DNA of 64,000 nucleotides from an uncultured Chloroflexia bacterium (GTDB lineage Bacteria; Chloroflexota; Anaerolineae; JAAYZQ01): NCBI GenBank assembly GCA_963701775.1, contig CAVPBH010000017.1, positions 128,729 to 192,728 of the forward strand, read 5' to 3'. Shown piece by piece: positions 59,403 to 64,000 of this stretch (position 1 is its first letter; each line of letters starts with the position of its first letter). The notes under the pieces were generated by a model. It saw only the letters and a program-made list of their open reading frames with translations, ran no database searches and was not told where the DNA came from. The position numbers and the translations under genes were made by a program.

Positions 59403-59800
59403 TCAAATGCCCAGGGACAACTGCGGTGTGCCCGGCCCGCCCGGCGCGTCGCCCGAGCGCAGCTCGTATTGCTCGCCCAGATCCAGGCCTTCCCAGCCAT
59501 AGGCCTTGAGATCGATGCTGCCATCTGGGCGAAAGACGATCCCCTCCGCCTCGAGCATCGCCTGCTGCTCAGCGGCACCCTGGCTGCCGGGCGGGAAGCT
59601 GACCCGGCCCTGGGCATTGATCACCCGCTGCCACGGCACGTCCATGCCGTCGGGCAGGTCGCGCAGCGCCCAGCCTACCTCGCGCGCCCCGCGTGGCCGC
59701 CCCAGCAGCCGGGCAATCTGGCCGTAGGTGGCTACCTTGCCCGGCGGGATGCGCTGCACCACGGCATACACCTGGTCGGGAAAAGAAAGGGACGCCATGC
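59403..59800 (-). CDS. alkyltransferase-like protein (ATL; MGMT DNA-binding fold lacking the acceptor cysteine)
   Basis: The start MASLSFPDQVYAVVQRIPPGKVATYGQIA is a helix-turn-helix. The active-site motif reads PWQRV instead of PCHRV (Cys to Trp), the hallmark of ATL proteins. Confidence 0.65.
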
Positions 59801-59811
59801 TCTCCTCCTTT

Positions 59812-61386
59812 CTAGCCTCGAGACGGGCGCAGACGGGCCAACTCGGCCTCCAGCTCTGCCTCGTCCAGCCGGAGCCGCTCGGCGCCGGCCCGCCACTTGG
59901 CCTCGATCCGGCCGTCGGCCAGCCAGCGCTTGCCAAGGGTCAGCCGCAGCGGGAGGCCGATCAGGTCGGCATCGTTGAACTTGACACCCGCGCTCAGGTC
60001 CCGGTCGTCCAGGAGCACCGCAAACCCCTGGGTCGACAGCCGGCCATAGAGCGCCTCGGCCTGGGTCGCCACCGCCTCCTCGCGCAGGTCGAGGGCGACG
60101 AGGTGAACGTCATAGGGTGCGCAGGCAACCGGCCAGCGGATGCCGTACTCGTCGTGATGCCCTTCGACGACGGCGGCCAGGAGGCGCACCAGGTCGAGCC
60201 GGCCCTGGGCCGTCCACAAGGGCTGGGCGTGCCCGGCTTCGTCCTGGTACTCCGCCCCGGCCTGCGCAGGCGGGCAGGCGCGGGCGAGCTCGAACCCCTG
60301 TTCGATCTCGAGGGGCATGCCACATTCGGGGCAGGGGTCCCCTGCCTCGACGAGGGCCAGGTCGGCCCATTCCCCGGGCACAAAGTCGCGCGGCACGTTC
60401 ACGTTTTGGATGTGGTAGCCGGCCCGGTTGGCGCCGCTGACATAGTTCTTGCCCGACCGCACCGACAGGTCGGCCACCACCCGCACCCGGTTGGGGTCCA
60501 GGCCGATCGGCGAGGCATAGCCGCCGACGGCCCCCACCGCCGCCAGCTCCCCTTCCAGGCTGGGGTAGGACTGGTCCGTGCCCAGCAGGCGCGCCAGCTT
60601 GGCCTCGTCCACCTGCCGGTCGCCGCGAATGACGACGCAGGTGACCCGGCCCTGCACGGAGCAGAATACCATCTTCAGTGTGCGTGTGGCGGGGATGTCC
60701 AGGAACTCGGCCAGGGAGGCAATGGTGTCGCAGCCCGGCGTCGCGACCGGCTCGGTGGGGAGCTCCGGCTCGTCGGGTGGGGGAGACCACGTCGTCGTGG
60801 ACCAGGAGCGCTCTGTGGCACGCCCGCAGGAGGGGCAGCGGATGAGCGCCGCCTCGCCGGCGGGGTGAGGGAGATAGGCCGCGCTGGTGCCCGGGCCCGC
60901 CTCGGCCCACAGCCCCGACACGTCGCAGGCCCCGAGCACCGCTTGAAGTGCCGCCTCGACCCGGGCGGGACAATCTGTGCCGGGGGAGCGGCCAAAAGCG
61001 GCGATCTCGGCCACGGCACGCTCCTCCGCGCCAAAGAGCCCGGCGCGGGCGGCGGCCTGAGGCTGTGCCTGGGTGGTCATCTTGAGGAGCAGCAGCGGAA
61101 GCTGCCGGTAGGAGTCGACTTCGCGGCCGACGACATGTCCCATCGTGGCGTCCGCGAGCGACACGGCTGCGGGAGCGCCGACCTCCTGGGCACCCATCCG
61201 GGCAAGCGTGTCGCGCACGAGCGACTGGAGCTTGAGCAGGGCCCATTGGCCGAGGGGCAGCCAGGCAAAGGGCCCTCCCTCCAGGGCGCGCACGAAGCCG
61301 CCACGCACCAGGAGCTGGTGGCTGATCAGGTGGGCGTCGGCCGGTGGCTGGCGAAAGGTCCGGCCAAGCAGCCTGGACAGGCGCAT
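59812..61386 (-). CDS. proS: proline--tRNA ligase (bacterial type with INS editing domain)
   Basis: 524 aa. Class II motifs and a C-terminal anticodon-binding domain. Starts MRLSRLLGRTFRQPPADAHLISHQLLVRGGF. Confidence 0.9.
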   Translation of the reverse strand: MRLSRLLGRTFRQPPADAHLISHQLLVRGGFVRALEGGPFAWLPLGQWALLKLQSLVRDTLARMGAQEVGAPAAVSLADATMGHVVGREVDSYRQLPLLLLKMTTQAQPQAAARAGLFGAEERAVAEIAAFGRSPGTDCPARVEAALQAVLGACDVSGLWAEAGPGTSAAYLPHPAGEAALIRCPSCGRATERSWSTTTWSPPPDEPELPTEPVATPGCDTIASLAEFLDIPATRTLKMVFCSVQGRVTCVVIRGDRQVDEAKLARLLGTDQSYPSLEGELAAVGAVGGYASPIGLDPNRVRVVADLSVRSGKNYVSGANRAGYHIQNVNVPRDFVPGEWADLALVEAGDPCPECGMPLEIEQGFELARACPPAQAGAEYQDEAGHAQPLWTAQGRLDLVRLLAAVVEGHHDEYGIRWPVACAPYDVHLVALDLREEAVATQAEALYGRLSTQGFAVLLDDRDLSAGVKFNDADLIGLPLRLTLGKRWLADGRIEAKWRAGAERLRLDEAELEAELARLRPSRG

Positions 61387-61505
61387 TCAGTCCACTCCAA
61401 GCAGGATCCCACTGCAAGCCCGGGACCGGTCTGGTCTCGGCCGGGGAAGTATAGCATGGCCGATCGCGCTTGTCAAACGCCCCGCCGGGTCCTTTGGCCG
61501 CATGA

Positions 61506-61534
61506 TTGACAGCCCTCCGAGGCTGTGCTATAGT
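61506..61534 (+). promoter_or_regulatory. promoter for membrane protein gene (TTGACA-17-TATAGT)
   Basis: Consensus -35 with near-consensus -10, about 40 nt upstream of ATG 61576. Confidence 0.5.
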
Positions 61535-61575
61535 GCCCCCGCATCGGTCTGGCAGAGGGAGGTTACCGGCGAAAC

Positions 61576-62283
61576 ATGCGCGATGCCCTGTTCATCACCT
61601 GGCGCAGTCTCAAGAACCTGTGGGACGAGTTCGCGTTCCTGATAGCACTGAACGTGCTGTGGACCCTGAACGTGCTCCTCCTGGCCGTTCCGGCCTTTGG
61701 GCTGCGCAATGCCGGCCTGGGCTGGGTCTTTGCCCTGACGGCTCTGATACTGCTGCCGCTCCCGGTCATCTCGGCCGGGCTCTGCTTCGTGGCAAACCAG
61801 ATCACGCGCGGGGTGGCTGTGGGCTGGGCAACCTTCGCCACCGGGGTGCGGCGCTACTGGGCCAAGAGCCTGTTGGTGGCGCTGATCAACGTCGTCGTCC
61901 TGTTCCTGATCGGCGTGAATATCCGCTTCTACCTGGTGGTCATCCAGGGCCAGTGGGCGGTCGTCGCGCTGAGCGCATGGATCGTGGTGGCCGTCTACTG
62001 GCTGCTTGCGCAGCTCTACTGGTTCCCCATGCTCCTGGAGATGAAGGACGAAAGGCTGTTCCTCGCGCTGCGCAACGCGCTGGCGCTGGTGATCGTGACG
62101 CCGGCCTTTTCGATCGTGCTGGGGCTGATCGTGGCGCTGCTTATTGCCCTGTGCGTTCTCCTGACCGTGCCTGCGGCGCTTTTCCTGGCGGTGCTGCTGA
62201 TGCTCATCGCCAACCATGCCACGCGCAGCCGGATCGCGCACGTGCGCAAAGAGCCGTACGATCCGGAGGGTACGTCCAGGTGA
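61576..62283 (+). CDS. DUF624/YesL-like polytopic membrane protein
   Basis: MRDALFITWRSLKNLWDEFAFLIALNVLWTL... with 6 TM helices. The family assignment is tentative. Confidence 0.5.
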   Translation: MRDALFITWRSLKNLWDEFAFLIALNVLWTLNVLLLAVPAFGLRNAGLGWVFALTALILLPLPVISAGLCFVANQITRGVAVGWATFATGVRRYWAKSLLVALINVVVLFLIGVNIRFYLVVIQGQWAVVALSAWIVVAVYWLLAQLYWFPMLLEMKDERLFLALRNALALVIVTPAFSIVLGLIVALLIALCVLLTVPAALFLAVLLMLIANHATRSRIAHVRKEPYDPEGTSR

Positions 62284-62290
62284 ACCGGGT

Positions 62291-63865
62291 TCAGGGCACC
62301 ATCAGCTCTTCGCTTGTCTCCAGGTTCTGGCCCGGATCGTAGACGTAGCCCGGGGACTGCACGTCCAACACCGTCAGGACATGCAGCCCCTGCTGGCGCG
62401 AGTTGACCTGGAAGCGGGCTGCTCCGTTGGCTGCCGTCACCGCCGTGCGCACGATTGTCTGCCCGTTGGGCAGCGTCCATTCGGCCGTCACCGTCGCCCC
62501 TGCCACCGGCGCTTGGGCGCCGTCCAGCACCGGCACTTGGCCAGTGAGGCGGTAGGCACCCCCGCTGCCCACCTGGTACTTGAGGCGGATGTTGCCGATG
62601 TGCATGGTCTGGCTGACAAAGCCCGACGTCACCGCCGCGTACTGCCGGGTGCCGCCGTCGAGGTCAGAGCGCGCGCTGACCAGGATCGTCTCCTCGGGGC
62701 CGGGCGCGCCGGGGAGCTGCACCTGCACGATCACCTGCGTCGATTCCCCCGGACTCAACACGGGCGTTTGTGCAGGATTGAACGCCGTCGGCCACGGGGC
62801 AGGGGCCGGAGGCCAGGTGTCGTCCTCGGCCAGCATGGTGTAGCTGCCGGCCTGTGTGTCCAGGTTGGTGACGGTCAGCTCGTAGGACACAATGCTGCCC
62901 GGCACTCCCTGTCCTGTCTGGCTCTGAGGGCTCACGTCGATCCCGGCCTCCGATTGCAGCACGATGCGCGGATCGTCCGCCCGTTCTGGTCCCCACACCT
63001 CCCGCCAGGTGCCGGCATCCGGCTTGAGGTATAGGTCGAAGAAGGTCACCAGCTCGCGGCGCGTGATCTCGAGCTGCTCGGCGCGTGGCAGGGAGCCCGA
63101 GTCGCAGAAGAGGATGTTGCTGTCCATGAAGCCGCAGTGCCAGCCGCCCAGGATGAGCGGCAATTGCCGCGGCGGCAAGCCGGCGTTGTACATCGCCAGC
63201 GTGTTGGTCTCCCAATCCACCGTGCCGTCCTCGTTGCCCGTGAGCAGCCGCGCCGGTACCCCGATATTGGCCATCTGGGCGATGGCGGAAGGATCCGTCT
63301 CGGCCGCGGCCAGCGTCGCCAGCGCCTTCACGCGGGGATCGACTGCCGTCGCCAGGATGCTCGATCCTCCGCCCATGGAGTGCCCGGCCATGCCCAAGTG
63401 GGCCGTGTCCACCTGGGCGTAGAGCCAAGACCCTGGGTCGGCGTTTCGCGCCTCCAGGTAGTCCAGGCTGTAGCGAAAGTCGTCCGCGAAGCCCTGGTGG
63501 CTGGGGAACCAGGGGCTCGTGTATGACTCGGGCGCAACGACCAGGTAGCCGTGGGACGCCATGTGCTCCATCGTGGAGCGATAGCGATCTGGGTGGACCA
63601 CGAAGGCGTGCCCGAACGTTACCGCCGGGTAGGGCGCGCCGCTTCCGTCGTAGGGGGCGCCGTTCCCGGTCGAGGTGGCAGGGTAGAACAACTGGGCCGT
63701 GAAGGTCTCGCCTCCGGGACGGGGGATGGTCACGATCTGCCGGCCGGCGCCATAGGGACCCGGGTCGGCCAAGTCGGCATGTACGGCCGGAGCCTGCCCC
63801 GGCAGGCCCAATAGCAGGGCCAGCAGGCAAGCCATTGCAGCCAACAGAGCTTTTCTCACTGACAT
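62291..63865 (-). CDS. secreted alpha/beta-hydrolase, cutinase/PETase-like (dienelactone-hydrolase fold) with C-terminal beta-sandwich domains
   Basis: Signal peptide. GHSMGGG nucleophile elbow. The upstream segment YPAVTFGHAFV...MASHGYLVVAP is collinear with polyesterase-type lipases. About 200 aa of Ig-like C-terminus. Confidence 0.55.
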   Translation of the reverse strand: MSVRKALLAAMACLLALLLGLPGQAPAVHADLADPGPYGAGRQIVTIPRPGGETFTAQLFYPATSTGNGAPYDGSGAPYPAVTFGHAFVVHPDRYRSTMEHMASHGYLVVAPESYTSPWFPSHQGFADDFRYSLDYLEARNADPGSWLYAQVDTAHLGMAGHSMGGGSSILATAVDPRVKALATLAAAETDPSAIAQMANIGVPARLLTGNEDGTVDWETNTLAMYNAGLPPRQLPLILGGWHCGFMDSNILFCDSGSLPRAEQLEITRRELVTFFDLYLKPDAGTWREVWGPERADDPRIVLQSEAGIDVSPQSQTGQGVPGSIVSYELTVTNLDTQAGSYTMLAEDDTWPPAPAPWPTAFNPAQTPVLSPGESTQVIVQVQLPGAPGPEETILVSARSDLDGGTRQYAAVTSGFVSQTMHIGNIRLKYQVGSGGAYRLTGQVPVLDGAQAPVAGATVTAEWTLPNGQTIVRTAVTAANGAARFQVNSRQQGLHVLTVLDVQSPGYVYDPGQNLETSEELMVP

Positions 63866-63892
63866 CCTGTCACCTCCATGGTCTGATCGGGT

Positions 63893-64000
63893 TACTTGGG
63901 GCGCACTACGTTGAAATCAACCATGACCCGGAACCCCTGCCAATCGTCCTCCGTCGCAAAGAACTCGCGCGGCAGGACGGTCGCAAGCCCGTCGGCGCCC
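63893..64000 (-). CDS. C-terminal fragment of unknown protein (5' end outside window)
   Basis: The minus frame reads ...LPREFFATEDDWQGFRVMVDFNVVRPK, with a stop at 63893. Confidence 0.3.

Overview
This 64 kb window is high-GC (roughly 65%) bacterial chromosomal DNA. The gene content (class F-type sortase, V-type H+-pyrophosphatase, S2P protease, two-subunit glycine decarboxylase, Cheo-type SOS boxes) fits a Chloroflexi-like monoderm. Most of the window is dense housekeeping genes: murA, gcvPA/gcvPB, recA, ssb, der, ychF, rpoD, hppA, tyrS, proS, a phnDCE phosphonate transporter, an ABC-2 exporter, glucokinase, an ECF sigma/anti-sigma pair, and two deoxynucleoside kinase paralogs.

Five things stand out.

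1. A roughly 6.8 kb accessory island (5.7-12.6 kb, minus strand) holds an array of RHS/YD-repeat polymorphic-toxin fragments. Two orphan RHS C-terminal toxin cassettes are present, one with an HExxH metallopeptidase-like tip and one with an unrecognised tip. They are interleaved with three lipoprotein genes in the positions expected for immunity genes. The island ends in a low-GC islet with tRNA-like debris.

2. A tight cluster of at least six DnaA boxes, two of them perfect TTATCCACA 21 bp apart, lies next to an AT-rich stretch at 1.68-2.06 kb. This is a candidate oriC or DnaA-titration locus.

3. A shared SOS promoter design, TTGACA-N5-GAAC-N4-GTKC-TATACT, sits in front of recA and in front of a 70-aa two-TM membrane protein that carries two perfect Cheo-type LexA boxes. 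That small protein is a candidate SOS-induced division inhibitor or small toxin.

4. A rhodanese-like gene has an in-frame TGA two codons after its catalytic cysteine. Translation would continue in frame for another 44 codons.

5. A promoter followed by an intrinsic terminator precedes tyrS, which looks like a T-box-type attenuator.

One caveat affects every pseudogene call here. At least 10 genes (dNK, RHS, gcvPA, gcvPB, NAD-kinase-like, S2P, hppA, MFS and others) show short stretches in the wrong frame flanked by compensating indels in homopolymer runs. That pattern is what uncorrected sequencing errors look like, so ORF boundaries and any 'pseudogene' interpretation should be treated with caution.

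No rRNA, intact tRNA, CRISPR array, transposase or integrase was found.
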